Origin: Gekko japonicus
Lineage: Eukaryota
Direction of reading: 5' to 3'
DNA: 64,000 nucleotides
Assembly (NCBI RefSeq): GCF_001447785.1
Contig: NW_015168044.1
Location: 865,847-929,846, forward strand
Under the pieces are notes generated by a model. The model searched no databases, was not told the origin of the DNA, and worked only from the letters and a program-made list of their open reading frames with translations. Within the stretch, counting starts at the first letter, position 1, and every line of letters starts with the position of its first letter. Below are positions 36,570-49,264 of this stretch, one piece after another. Both the position numbers and the translations under genes were made by a program.

Positions 36570-36714
36570 NNNNNNNNNNNNNNNNNNNNNNNNNNNNNNN
36601 NNNNNNNNNNNNNNNNNNNNNNNNNNNNNNNNNNNNNNNNNNNNNNNNNNNNNNNNNNNNNNNNNNNNNNNNNNNNNNNNNNNNNNNNNNNNNNNNNNNN
36701 NNNNNNNNNNNNNN
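36570..36714. other. Assembly gap (N run)
   Basis: 145 N. Confidence 1.
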
Positions 36715-38204
36715 TTGCTTTTGAAATGGAGTTTCAAATGTAGTTTGGACTATGGCAGGTTTTTTTTGGTTCCCGGTAAATATTAGCATCTTAGTCCAAG
36801 TATTTTAAGTAGTAGGTCTACAAGAGGCCCCTGCCTTTGTCTTTGGAGAACACTCCAAAAGTTCAAGTACACCATTCTATGCTGCATACTAAAATGGACT
36901 GTTACAGTATAAGGCAGCTTTGTATGCTAATAAACTGAGATGATCCAGAATGGGGGGGGGGAATTTGGCAAAAGAAAACGATCCTTGTCACCCTATCCCC
37001 CATGTTGGTGATAATACAGAGGGCCTGCAAAAATGGAGTAAAATATTTCACATTCAGAGCGAGGGCAGGAAGAATTATTCTTACTCTGATTGACTTTGTG
37101 ACATCCTCACACAAGAAAACCTGACTGGATGCATGGCATCATGAGCTCTTCATGCTGGCTAAATGATTCCTGATTGGCTAAAATTATATGGCCAGCATGA
37201 GGACAAAAAATGGTATTTTTAAAAGCTGTCAAAGCAGCTGAAATGGGTGGCGAACAAAAGGAGGGAGGTATGGTCTAAGGTAGTCTTGCAAACAACAATT
37301 CCCCTTTCTGCTTTGAAAATATTGGCCCTCCTAAATTTCCCTTGCCTTGACCTGGATGGCCCAGGCTATCCTGATCTTGTGTTGTAAGGTAAGCATAACA
37401 ACATAAGAGAAGCCAATGTCGGATCAGGCCAATCGCCCATACAGTCCAACACTCTGTCACACAGTGGCCAAAAATACCAGGTGCCAGCCCTGGTTGGTAT
37501 TCGGAAATTCAGGGTTCCTATGCAGAGGCAAGCAATGGTAAACCATCTCGTTGTGCCAATAAAAGTTATTGGGAATTGGAATTGGTAAAACATCTCTCAA
37601 TGTCTCCTGCCTTGAAAACCCTACCTATGGGATCAGTTGCCACTCGACACCACTTCCTTTCACCTCCAAATTCCCCTCAGCTCTATTCTGAAGCTTTTAA
37701 CATGAGCCTGTATTACTAGTGTAGACCACTGGGTGGCAGCCTTTGCACAGAAAACTAATTTTTGCCGCGGAGGCAGTGCATGAAGGGTTCATGTGCGCTG
37801 AGTGAGAAGAATCACACGACGTTGCTTGACAAAGGTGTCGTTATTTATATTAATAGTTCAGGGAAATGCTTGTAAAAAGCAAACTCTTGTTGGGTGTGTG
37901 TGTGTGTGATGCTTCTTAGTTCCTTACACTCCACACCAAGAGAGGATAAACACTACCAACTTGTGCCTGGAGAACTAGACTGAACTGGGACTAGCCCTGG
38001 AGAGAGATGGGAATTGCTGAAGAGCAGGGACTTTATTGCAGCTGAGATGCCTTGATTTTGCTGCATCAGACTTTTCTGAGTGGTGCCTAGGATGGGCCTG
38101 CGTAGGAAATGACTCCTGCTTTATTTTGCAGTCTTTGGAAGCATTGTTTTTTTTCTTGGCTGTGTATGGGGCAGTTGTTGATTTTGCCCATTTGCAGGTA
38201 GGCA

Positions 38205-38461
38205 TAGGGATGCCAGCCTCCAGGTGGGACCTGGGGATCCCCTGGAATTACAGCTCACGTCTAGACTATAGACTACAGATATCAGTTCCCCTGGAGAAAA
38301 TGGAATGCTTTGGAGGGTGGATTCTGTTGCATGGTACCCCACTGAGGTCCCTGCCCTCCCCAGACTCTACCCCAAATCTCCAGGAGTTTCCCAACCTGGA
38401 TCTGGCAACTCTACCCCCCCCCCATCCCCTGCCAGTGGCCAGGGAGGACCAGGCAACCCGA
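38205..38461. mobile_element. TA-flanked MITE (TAGGGTTGCCA...TGGCAACCCTA family)
   Basis: TAGGGATGCCAGCCTCCAGG...GGCAACCC; related fragments at ~39044, ~39430, 53908 and 57364. Confidence 0.7.
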
Positions 38462-38659
38462 GGTTGGCACCGGCAGAAGGCCCTGCTTGGATGAGCGAAA
38501 CTGTCATGGCAGAGCATGGAGGGGGAGGGGGAGGTCTTGTGGGTATGAGGGTCCAAGGCCATGAAAGGCTTTGTATGTGTTGGCCAATAGTTTAAATTGA
38601 GCCTGGTTATTGATGAGCGGCCAGTAGAATGACTGCAGAGTGGGAGTAACAGGCGTTCC

Positions 38660-38860
38660 CCATCTCATTCTGTACCACATGGAGCATCTGAATTGATTTT
38701 TGAGGGGAGACCAATGTCCAGTGCATTGCAGTAGTCTAGTCTCAGTGTTGCCATGGCACGGGTCAGATCAAGGGAAGTGGCCAGAGCAGATCAGCCATGT
38801 GTATCTAGGTGAGAGGCCATTTGGAAGCTGGGAGAAAGCCTTTTTGTGACTGCATTAATT
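38660..38860 (-). mobile_element. Old L2 fragment
   Basis: TTGCAGTAGTCTAGTCTC encodes RLDYCN on the minus strand, as in the L2 at ~50030. Confidence 0.55.
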
Positions 38861-40316
38861 TGCTTCAAATTGGAAGGCCGGGAAGTGGCTTCTGTATTTT
38901 GGCCCCTGAGCTACTAAAGTGGAAAAGGAGAACCTCTTTTTAGCACGTATACTCTTGCTTCCAGTCACCTAAATCCAGACAATTTCCCCCAAGTGAGGGC
39001 TTCCAGTGCTGCCCTCAAACCTTGGTGTGCCTTGGAGGAAGTAGGGTTACCAACCTCTAGGAAGGGCCTGGAATCACAATTGATCTCCAGACCACAGAGG
39101 TAATTTCCTCCAAAGGAAACAACAACTTTGGAGGCCGAACTCTATGGCATCACATCCGCACTGAGCGTCCTCAGTGGGGGTGGAAATTCCGATTGGGGAA
39201 ATGGTGCATAAGGGGAAAACTAAACCCCCCGGTAAATCATACATCTGCAGGGCTGGCCCAGGCACTAGGAGGACTTGGGAGGCCACCCAGGGCACCAGTA
39301 TCTTCCACAGCTGGAGAGGTGCCAAGCCAGCTCTCTCTGCAGTGGTGGACTCAGCTATGGCCAGCCGTGGAGAGCAGCAGCCACCAGAGAAAGGAGGGCT
39401 CCTGGCAGAGGTCGCTGCCATCATGCCTATGGATGCCACCCTCCAGGTGGGACCTGGGGATCCCCGGGAGTTCCAGCTCATCTCCAGACAGCAGAGATCA
39501 GTTCCCCAGAGGCAGGCTGGAGGGCGTGTTTCCCTCCCAGTCTGCCCCAAGGCCATGCTGCCACTGCCAGTGCAGCTGGTCTGCCTACCTTGCCCAGCAC
39601 AGTGCCTGTCTTCAGCCCTGGGCATCAGTACCCACCTGGCAGAGAAGAGGGTGACATGGTAGGGGCAGTTTCCCTGTGGTGCTGGGGTGGGGTGCCAAAA
39701 ACCCTTGGGCCACCCCTGTATGCCTGTGATTCCAGTCAGAGATCCTCACATCCTGCGGCCTCCAAAGTACTGCTCAATACAATTTGCAAAGCCGGCTGGA
39801 AGTGGCCCGCAATGCAAGGAGGGGACATTTTGAGCCGGTTGCCTGGAGAGCTCTGAGACTGATCACACACAAAGACAGCGGCATTGTCTCATAATGAAGA
39901 GTGCAGAAACAATTTACATGCATTTAGCAGTGTTACATTCTCTTGTTTGTTTCCTTAATTGCTCCCCGCTTTTCAAAATCTTGTTTGTTTTTTTTAGATG
40001 AAAAGGTAAAACTCAGTCCCCAGAACATTCTGAAATTGACAGTCTCCGGTGCTGGGAGGAAAAAGAAACGAGATGCCTCTCTCTGATTCATAATTTGCCA
40101 ATTAATCACCTCATTAGAAAGGAACACCAAGAATAAATTGGAGCTTCTTGTGCTGAGCTTAAAATGCAGCCTGGCATCTAGATGAAGGAAGGAAGCAGTC
40201 TCCTTTCAGACGGCCTCTCGTGCCACCTCTCCCACATAGGCACACCTGAAGCCGAGCCTGCCTGTAATTAATTTTAGCGGGTGGGATTGTTTCGACTTTT
40301 TATTTTTGGTCTTTGT

Positions 40317-40712
40317 CAGGGCTTTTTTTTGTAGAAAAAGTCCAGCAGGAACTCATTAGCATAATAGGCCATACCCAGCAGCAAAACTCATTAGCATATT
40401 AGGCCACACCCCTGACTGCACCACTCATTAGCATATTAGGCCACATTCCCATGTTACCAGAAGTGTGGTCATCCAGCCACACCCACCTTTTGCTTCTTAT
40501 TCTGTTTACCTTATTTGTTGTCAAAACCCAGGGCTTTTTTTGTTGCAGGAACTCCTTTGCATGTTAGCCCACACACCCCTAATGTAGCCAGTCCTAATGA
40601 GTTCCTGCTGTTGGGTGTGGCCTATTATGCTAATGAGTTCCTGCTGGGTGTGGCCAACTTGGGAGCCAGCCGGAACTCCGTTCCTGTGCGTTACTGCCAA
40701 AAAATAGCCCTG
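40317..40712. mobile_element. Composite hAT element with an extra internal terminus
   Basis: Outer TIRs CAGGGCTTTTTTT / AAAAATAGCCCTG; 8-bp TSD GTCTTTGT/GTCTTTGC; second CAGGGCTTTTTTTG at ~40529; CTCATTAGCATA subrepeats. Confidence 0.78.
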
Positions 40713-41394
40713 GTCTTTGCTAATTTTTTCATGGTTGACGGGCTCTTTAACCTGTGTATGGTTGCTGGACTCTACTTTTAACATAACTCATTTGGAATTC
40801 ATTCAGAACAGTCAGCATAAAACAGTTTTAATGGATGAAAATTTCCAGGGAAGAAAATGAAACAAAACTTCTGGGGCACACAGTCTGACCTTGTTGTAAT
40901 TGGTCACCTCAGTGTTTGTACTTCTTTATTTATGTAGTTAATTCAATAAGGGAAGGGATGCAGACGAGCCACAAGAACATACCCTGAGCAAAGGTAGAGC
41001 ACAGAGGCTGCGGCCAAGAGCAGCTGAAAGAACAGCAATGAAAGAGGCTACACGGACAATAGGTATTCCGCTAACAGCACCGTCTTTGACATCCACCAAT
41101 TTAATTACAGCAATGGAGGCAGCTCCTGTCTTTGGCTCCCCATCTAAGTTTTAACTACGGTTTCATTCCTCCATCAAAGCCCTTTTTACCTTTACTTGCT
41201 AAATCTTCTGCTTCTTATTTCCAGGTGTGTCTTCAGTTGGCTGGCCGCTTGGGGTTCTCCCAGAACCATTTGTTTGTTGCCTCACCATATCCATTGCAGT
41301 AATGTCTCCATCTCACATATGCATTATGCAGGCATTACAATTAATCCCCCTGTACTGGCATTTGAACTCCAACCACTGAACGATAGTCCATTCA

Positions 41395-41965
41395 GCAGAA
41401 CAAAGTTTCAGTCCAGTGGCACATTTAAGACCAAAAAAGTTTAATTTTGGGTATAAGCTTTTGTGTTGTGCATGCACACTTCTTCAGATACATTGAAAGC
41501 ACTTCCTCAATCATTACATATAGGTAGAGGGGGGTTAGTTACCAGGAAGGCCTAATTAGAGTCAAGATGCATAAGTAACTGAGCAATTAGTATAGTTAAG
41601 ATTGAATTAAAGCAGTTACTAAGATCTGTAAATAACATCAAATTAGCATAAAGGTAATAAAAGAGTTAACAAACAGATGTGAGAACTAAGTTTGACTCCA
41701 GTGGCACCTTTAAGACCAGCAAAGTTAAATTCTGGGTATAAGCGAGAACTGAATGACTTAGCATGTGTAGTGAGATAAGAACCCTACATCTCTGTTAAGC
41801 CCTGGAGGTTCCATTGTCCTGAGTCTTGTAATAACTTGTAATTCAGCAATCTGCCATTCCAGTCTGTTTCTGAAATTCCTTTGCAATAAAACAGCTTCTT
41901 TGAGGTCCCCCACTGGCTGCCCTGGGAGGTTGCAATGTTCTCCTGCAGGTTTTCCCGTTTTGTGA
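41395..41965 (-). mobile_element. Penelope-like retroelement 3' fragment (GIY-YIG endonuclease C-terminus plus tandem terminal repeats)
   Basis: ORF 41758-41982 KP.GEH.NLPG..V.DLK.AVLLQRNFRNRLE..IAEL..I....T..PPGLNRD.GFLSHY; CCAGTGGCACCTTTAAGACC repeat at ~41413 and ~41698. Confidence 0.85.
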
Positions 41966-42937
41966 TTAGTAGAAGACCCCATGGAAACAGAACAGAAGCT
42001 GGAGCATGCTATTCAGGCCCCTGAAGGAGGCCCCCTGGGCCGTTCACTCACCAGGGCCCCTGGACAGACAAAGGGCCCCTTGCCCCAGCAGTGTCACTGT
42101 GTTCATTTTCTACAGACCACCCAAGAAGTCTTCTGAAAATGATAGTTCAAGCGGAAAATTCTCAGTTTTCTTGACTTAGCTCTTCTGAGTTAAAGGAGCC
42201 TGTGCAGGGTGCCTTGTTGCAGCCTCCCCCCACCTTGATCAACAGGATCTCAGTGTTCCACACCTTGTGAGGAGATGGGCTCTGTATTCAGCACCACAGT
42301 CGTCATCCAGGGCAGGGCCAGATGGACTGCACAACAAAGATGTTGCTCTGAGGTTATGGAATCCTGGGTGATGGGCAGCAGAAGCCTTTTCAGGCAGTCA
42401 AAGTGCCATAGACTGATGGTATCCTCCCCCCCCACACACACCATGTGCATACAGTGAGGCTGGCTGGGGAGAGTCCAGCCTCCTAGGCTTAAGTAGTTTG
42501 CCATCCTGCCTTCAAATTGCCAGAGGTCCATCTAGTGCATTTTCCTGTTTTTCCCCCACAGTGGCCAGCTAGATGCCCTGGAAGGCCCAAACAGAGAGGC
42601 ATAGAGGCTAAAGCCTCCCATCATAGTGAGTAACGGCAGTCTACCTCTCTGACACTCATCTTTTTAGGAATTTCTCTAAAAAGAAGCGGCTGTTATTTAA
42701 TTGGAAACTGTCACATCAGAAATTAAAAGAATAATGTGATGGTGCAGTGTAGTTGTTAGAGTGTCAGAGACCCCAGTAGGAATCCCCATGCTGCCCTGAA
42801 ATCTTCTGAGTGGCATTGGCCAGTCTCTCTCTCTCTGTCTCTCTCTCTCTCTCCCGCTGACTTATTTCACAGGGTTGTTGTGAGGTTAAAATAGGGAAGG
42901 GAGAATCACTTGTCCTGCTCTGAGTTCTTTGAACTCA

Positions 42938-43220
42938 GATTTTGGTGTCGTAGTTAGGAGTGCAGACTCTGATATTTGGGAGAACTGGGTTTGATTCTCC
43001 ACTCCTCCATATGCAGCTGCTGTTGTAACCTTGGGTCAGTTACAAGTTGCTTCAGAGCTGCTCTCTCACGAGCAGTTCTCAAAAGAGCTCTCTCAGCCCC
43101 ACCTACCTTACAGGGTGTCTGTTGTGGGGAGGGGAAGGGAAAGGAGATTGTAAGCTGCTCTGAGACTCCTTTGGGTAGTGAAGGACAGGGTATAAATCGA
43201 ATCTCCTCCTTCTCCTCCTC
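42938..43220 (+). mobile_element. Squam3-like tRNA SINE
   Basis: Matches 36317 and 55613 copies; CT-rich tail. Confidence 0.85.
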
Positions 43221-43674
43221 ATCCGCCTTCTTGAAGGGAGGGCAGATAAAAATGTACAAGATGAATAACCAGTTTTTGTGGGGGTTTTTAATCAAGGCAG
43301 GGCAAAACTGGCCTAGATGGAATAGTGTAACCCAGGGGACATGTCTGTCGCTCTTATACTGTGTAATAAAATAACAATTTTTTCCTTGCAAGGAATACAC
43401 ACTTTCAATGATACATTTTCACCCAAACAACCTATGGGGAAGTGATCCCTGGAACTTCGCAATCAGATTTGAACTCACCGTACTGACTGCAACCAAAAAG
43501 CCCCATGTGGGTGGCAGGGGGTGGATTCAGCCCTTTGAGGACCCCCCATTTAACGGAGACCATTTCAAGTTTTGGTGTGTGGTGGCTGGGGTGGAACGAG
43601 ATCTTCTAGAATTTTTAAATGTCTGACCTTGTATGCACACTCCTTCCCAGCAGCAGCACAAAACATGGGAAAAC

Positions 43675-44136
43675 CAGAGGTCATTTCGGGGGGGGGAACG
43701 CGGGGGAACACAGTCCCCCCGGGTGAGGTACGGGGGGTGGGGCACATGACGAAGCCCCGCCCCCGCTTCCGGCCGCCCCGCTTCCGGCCCTCATTCAGCC
43801 AGGAGGAGGCAGGAGAAGAGGGAGGGGAAGTTGCTTCCTCCCTGCCTCTCCCCACCCCTGCCTCCCTGTGGTCAGGGAGGGCCTTCGCGGGGCTTCCTTG
43901 CACTCCTGCCGGCCCTGCAGGTCCACCACCGGGCCCCTCATGGGGCTCGGCAGTGGAGCTGCAAGGCTGGCACCGGCGGCCGGGACCGTTGGGGGCGGGG
44001 TGTGTGGCACACACTTCCGGTGATGTCAGGAGGTGTGGCCTTATGACACACTTCCGGTGATGTCAGGGGGTGTGGCATATGCTAATGAGTTATGCTAATG
44101 AGTTCCCCTAGCTCTTTTTCTACAAAATGACCCCTG
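43675..44136 (+). mobile_element. Non-autonomous hAT element, longer sibling of 5695-6036
   Basis: Same TIRs and near-identical body, with an extra ~120 bp containing a duplicated ACACACTTCCGGTGATGTCAGG; TSD not preserved. Confidence 0.88.
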
Positions 44137-44527
44137 GGTCAAAGTTTACTGGGGCATTATTAACTTTCCTAGGTCCTTGCCCTTGCTTGCTTTTCTAGGT
44201 ACTGACCCAGGCCAAGTTTCAGCCCAAGTTTTCTTGCATTCTTCCATTTTTATGTCCTTTCCTTGACTTGAGTGCAGCAGCTGTTTGTTCAGGCAGCAGA
44301 TTCAGACTGTTGGAGCTAAGTGAATTTTCTGAGTCTGGCATAAGCCCGGGAGACCCCTGCCTACTTCTGTGCTGCTGAGAATTCTTTAAGGTGACTCTCT
44401 GGGGTAGCCAGCTGAAAATTAAGCTTCCTTATTGACTTAGAACAGCCCTCGGATTGCTTGTGTACCACTGATGGGTGTTTTTTCCTGCTACACTTGCATG
44501 ATGTTTGACATTATGCTTGTGTCCATT

Positions 44528-44743
44528 GCATAGAAATGGTGCATGACATATGCATGAATTGAAAATGGTATAAAACCGGTATCAAAGAAACCAAAAAGTT
44601 GGGAATATGAGCCACAAAATTGTATGAAAGGAGGCCGCATAGAAATGGTGCATGACATATGCATGGATTGAAAATGGTATAAAACCGGTATCAAGGAAAC
44701 CAAAAAGTTGGAAACATGAGCAACAAAATTGTATGAAAGGAGG
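44528..44743. repeat. Tandem duplication, 109-bp unit x2 (plus a 39-bp-period duplication at ~44837-44905)
   Basis: GCATAGAAATGGTGCATGACATATGC starts at 44528 and again at 44637; a few substitutions. Confidence 0.92.
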
Positions 44744-47413
44744 TCCCCACAACAGCATATGGAAACAAAAAGAAACCCAAAATGTCCACCTATGTACATC
44801 CCTGTTCCTAACTAAAGCTGATTTTCACAAATGTTTTAACATTTGGCAAAATTACCAGTTATACCATTAAGAGGTAACATTTGGCAAAATTACCAGTTAT
44901 ACCACTAAGTTTTGAATGCAAGATTCAAACATATGTTTTCAGTGAGAAAATTTCCCCCAAAATGTCCATGTTTGCAGCATGATCACATACATGCCACCTC
45001 TCCCCGTTTACCAGGAACAGTCCCTATTTCTTGGTAAATTACTGTCCCTATTCCCTTCTATTTTTAAAAGATAGTGCCTTGTTAAGGTGTTTAGCATGGA
45101 AATTCTTTGGTGTTCAGCTCCTTTGCTCAAGGTTAAATCTTTGAGTGGGGACTGGCTATATGTTGTTTCTCGTGCGCACTGTGTGTAAATATGAGCACAT
45201 GAATGCTAATGCAGGATTCAACGCATGGCTCGTTGTTTCAGACAGTGTACCTGCTAAGGTACTCATAGACAGGTAATAATAGTATATTGTAGGACAGTTC
45301 TTTTTTTCAAATGTATCTTTAACCAAAAAGAACCAGTGCAGGGCAGTAAAATGGCAGAATGACTGAATACAGGGTATGGCAGGTACAGTAGAATCTTCTG
45401 CAGTGTGAAATAATGGGGGCATTGATCCCTGTTATGAAAATGGGATTTTTAAAAGCAAGCATAGCCCTGGTTCCATTTTTGGAATAGTTAAGAGTATGCG
45501 ATTGTATCCCTGACTTAATGCTCATCAGCTGGAGACAGAATTGATCCCAGATAAAATTCCCCCTGGTCACAGGGGTGGTGGTGGGGTCATTGTCCAGCAT
45601 AGCAGTGCGTCTCTCTTCCCTCTCTCTAGCGACTAAAAGACAAACCATTTTTAAAACTACGACTGCAAAAGTGGCAGAATAAATCATGCAAAACAAACAC
45701 ATTATTCCAATGTGCTTATTTCCCATAATTTATACATTCTGTTTTTCTTGGCACGGGATGTGGGTGACCACAGTGTGGAAGATTAATTCCTTGAGCTCAC
45801 AAAGCTCTGGTTATATGTTGTGAAGATTTGCAGTGCAAGAATTACACCCATCTAAATCCATGGGTTTAGATCAGTGTCAGGATTGCACTGTTAAGCTGAA
45901 ATAACACTCATCGCAGATGCTGAGCTACTTCTAAACAGAACAATGAACTGTTCTTTTTCCTTGCCTGATGTCTCTCCTGGAAAGGAACCTGAAATCTCAT
46001 TGGTTCAGGGGAGCTAGCCCTCAGCCTCTTAGTCATTAAGATTCGGGCCCTACAGCAATGCTTTTAATGACAACTGAAAATTAGCAGCCTTCTTCAGGGC
46101 TGACACAAAGACGATAATTAAGCAAGTAGTAAATTTTCTGTGATACCTAGAGCCCCCTATTTCCATGACTTTTTAAAATGCACGAGCTTGTTTCTAAAGC
46201 ACAAGACTCCCTTCTTTCTAATATGGGTCACATCATTACAGCTTGCAGGTGACAATGAACAGCACCTGCTTTTGGCTTTTCAGCACTAACCTGTCTTTGA
46301 AATACGGTTTTGAAACTGATTGTTGAACTCAATCAAAAGACTCGAAAACAAGAAGATCCTTGTTTGCGAAATGCGAATCATCCTTTTGCTCCCTGAGATT
46401 GTAAAGGGCACTATAAATATACAGTGTGATACATAAAGATGAGAAACCTTGGCAACCAAACGGGCGCTTTATGCCTACCCCTCTGAGTGTTTACTCACTC
46501 TGCAACACTGGAAGAAAGGGAATCAATTCAGATAGTTACTTTGATTAATATGCCTCCTTTACCACTGCTCAAGGCAGCTTACAGCAAACTGATAATAATT
46601 AGAAAAGAAATAGTCATCCAAAAATTAATCATATAAAATTAGTAGAAGGAAATTGGAAACAAACATGCCTGTATTCCTTATCAACAAACACACAACAGCT
46701 ACAGCACTTTAACTTAACAGAGTGTACAGCAGGCAAAGAAGAGAGTTCAGCAGTGGGTAAAGGGGAGGAGGGAAGCTCACGCAGAGATATTTGGCGTGAG
46801 AATAGGGGGTGTTAAAATTCATGTACTGTTATGCTGAATTTTTTGAGGTTGAAATTTCCATGCAAATGTTGTTTCTTCTTGCACTCTTGCAGACTTTCCA
46901 TGTTCGTTTGCAGCCATTGCTTCACTGCTCCTTGTTTTGGCACTATTTTATTTTTACTTGAAAGGCCTTCTTCCCACCATAATCCCAATCAATCAGGAAT
47001 CATATTTTGAACATGACAATGCCTCAGCAACACATAGCCAATTCAGTTTGGCTATTTGATGGCACAGCGGACAAACAAAATTGTCCCAGTGCCCTCTTTA
47101 TGTATGTGGTGGTGGTGGGAGAAGAGTGAATATGTCACCCAATACAGGTTTATAATTCAGGTCCAACACTCTGTGTCTTGCTGTGTTGCACTGCACTCTA
47201 AGATTTTTGCCTCTAACTTGAATGTGCACCCCACAGAGAATTAACAGAATGCAAATGGGTGACAGTTGCATTTGCATGTACATCCATTAATGGCAGGTGC
47301 CATTCACCATCACTATATTACTTTCAGTGAAACAGGTGTTTGGATGTGTATTGAAATGTTTATCTCCATCCATATTCTGTCTCTATTGTTCAATAATATG
47401 CAGCTGAACCCAA

Positions 47414-47696
47414 GGCTGATTTCGCACTAGAGCTGCCTCGCAGTTGCACTGCCGTTTGCCCCGACACTATTGGTCAATTTCACATCCGAAGCTGCAGGGC
47501 TGCGTTTTGACTCGCAGCTTCGCCCGATTTCCCCCACAGTTTCGTGATCCTGTTTTTTGAGGATCATGAAACTGCAGAGGAAATTGGGTGAAGCCGCGGT
47601 TCAAATGCAGCCCCGCAGCTTCGGGTGTGAAATTGACCAATAGTGTCGGGGCACACAGCGGCGCAACCGCGAGGCAGCTCTAGTGCGAAATCAGCC
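47414..47696. mobile_element. Palindromic PIF/Harbinger-like MITE
   Basis: TIR GGCTGATTTCGCACTAGAGCTGCCTCGC and its reverse complement; whole element is a hairpin; 3-bp TSD CAA. Confidence 0.88.
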
Positions 47697-47801
47697 CAAG
47701 TCAGGAGCATCAGTCAACTTGTTTTTCTGAGCAATGGGGATGCATGCCCTCTTCTACTAACACCTGCCTATTTGCAAACAATGTTATATCTCCCTTACAT
47801 A

Positions 47802-47998
47802 CAGGGCTCTAGTCGGGGGGGAGCTCTCAGGTACGGAGCTCCGGAAGAGAACCTCTAGGGGGCGGGGCGGTCACGTGGTGAAGCCCCGCCCCCTTCTTTA
47901 CCCCGCCCTCTGCTTCGATCCTCATTCCGTTTGGGAATGAGGATGAAGCAGGAGGGTAAGTAGCCGGGCCTTCTGACACACTTCCGGTGATGTCAGGG
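47802..47998 (+). mobile_element. hAT element related to the 5695/43675 family, cut by gap
   Basis: GAAGCCCCGCCCC..CCTCATTC..TGACACACTTCCGGTGATGTCAGGG shared with 43675-44136. Confidence 0.7.
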
Positions 47999-48166
47999 NN
48001 NNNNNNNNNNNNNNNNNNNNNNNNNNNNNNNNNNNNNNNNNNNNNNNNNNNNNNNNNNNNNNNNNNNNNNNNNNNNNNNNNNNNNNNNNNNNNNNNNNNN
48101 NNNNNNNNNNNNNNNNNNNNNNNNNNNNNNNNNNNNNNNNNNNNNNNNNNNNNNNNNNNNNNNNNN
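47999..48166. other. Assembly gap (N run)
   Basis: 168 N. Confidence 1.
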
Positions 48167-49264
48167 TCAATAATCCAGGAAACCTATCATACAGTAGATC
48201 AATGGGAGGTGGTTTTGTCCTAACCAGCCTTAGTGTTACAGCCAGGGAATGCCAAAGAGATAGGAAATGCTTTGCTGATTACTGTGAGATGAATGTTTCA
48301 ATATCTGTTGCCCATGCAAAAATCTGATCTTCCTTATTCCAAATGAGCAATGCATATATTAGTAAGCAGCATTTTCGATACAGGAACTCGAGGAGCCCAG
48401 TTTTCAATTATGTTTTATCCTGTCCTTCCTCCAAGGTAGGCTTGCCAGGCCCCAGGTCTGGGCGGAGGATCCCCTGATTTCAGGGGCTTCTCCTCACCAG
48501 AGCCCAGCTGGCTGGTAGGGGAACCCCACCACAGGGACATCACAGCACAACCTCTTCAGTGTGGTGATGTCACCTGGAAGTGACATCATCACATTGAGGA
48601 GATCGTGTGGGGACACTGGTATTTGGGCAAACTCTATGGAAAATGGTGGACTCATTTTCATTATACCCTGCTGAGGTCGCCACAGCAAATTGACACTAAG
48701 TGTACAAGGCTGGGGCACCAGCCCAGAGCCTCTTTCTAGAGCTCGTTGTATTTATTTCCACAATGAGCCTTTTTCCTAGTCCTTTCATAAAGTACTGTCA
48801 CCAAAAAGGAAGGTGTTTTTAAGGGGGAGAGGTTAAAACACTTTATGGAAACTACCTCTACCCTCCCATTTTGGCTCATCTCTAGTTAAAAGTTCACAAG
48901 AATCTTGCTGTTTTCATATAACAGTAAACTAGTAAAGATTGAGCAATAAATCAAGAATATTCCAGAAACACCTGTAATCTGAATAATACAACCGTCCTTT
49001 AATAGATACACCAAATGTATACATGAAAAGTCATAGAGGACCAAATGCACTTTGACTGAACAGTCTCCTTCAAGGGTCTCTAACACATAAATGCACACAG
49101 GCATCCATCCATCCATCATCTATCTATATAAATCCAAAGGGAAAATATATCAACAATATTAATATATAATCAATATTCCATAGATCTATTGAACTATCCC
49201 CTTTCAGTCATTCCCTATTTTCATATACCCACATGGAGATTTAGCACTGAGGAGGGCTTTCAAA

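Noticed and set aside
39074-39856. Several 150-190-aa overlapping ORFs
   Set aside because: GC-rich DNA containing MITE fragments, open on both strands, no domain
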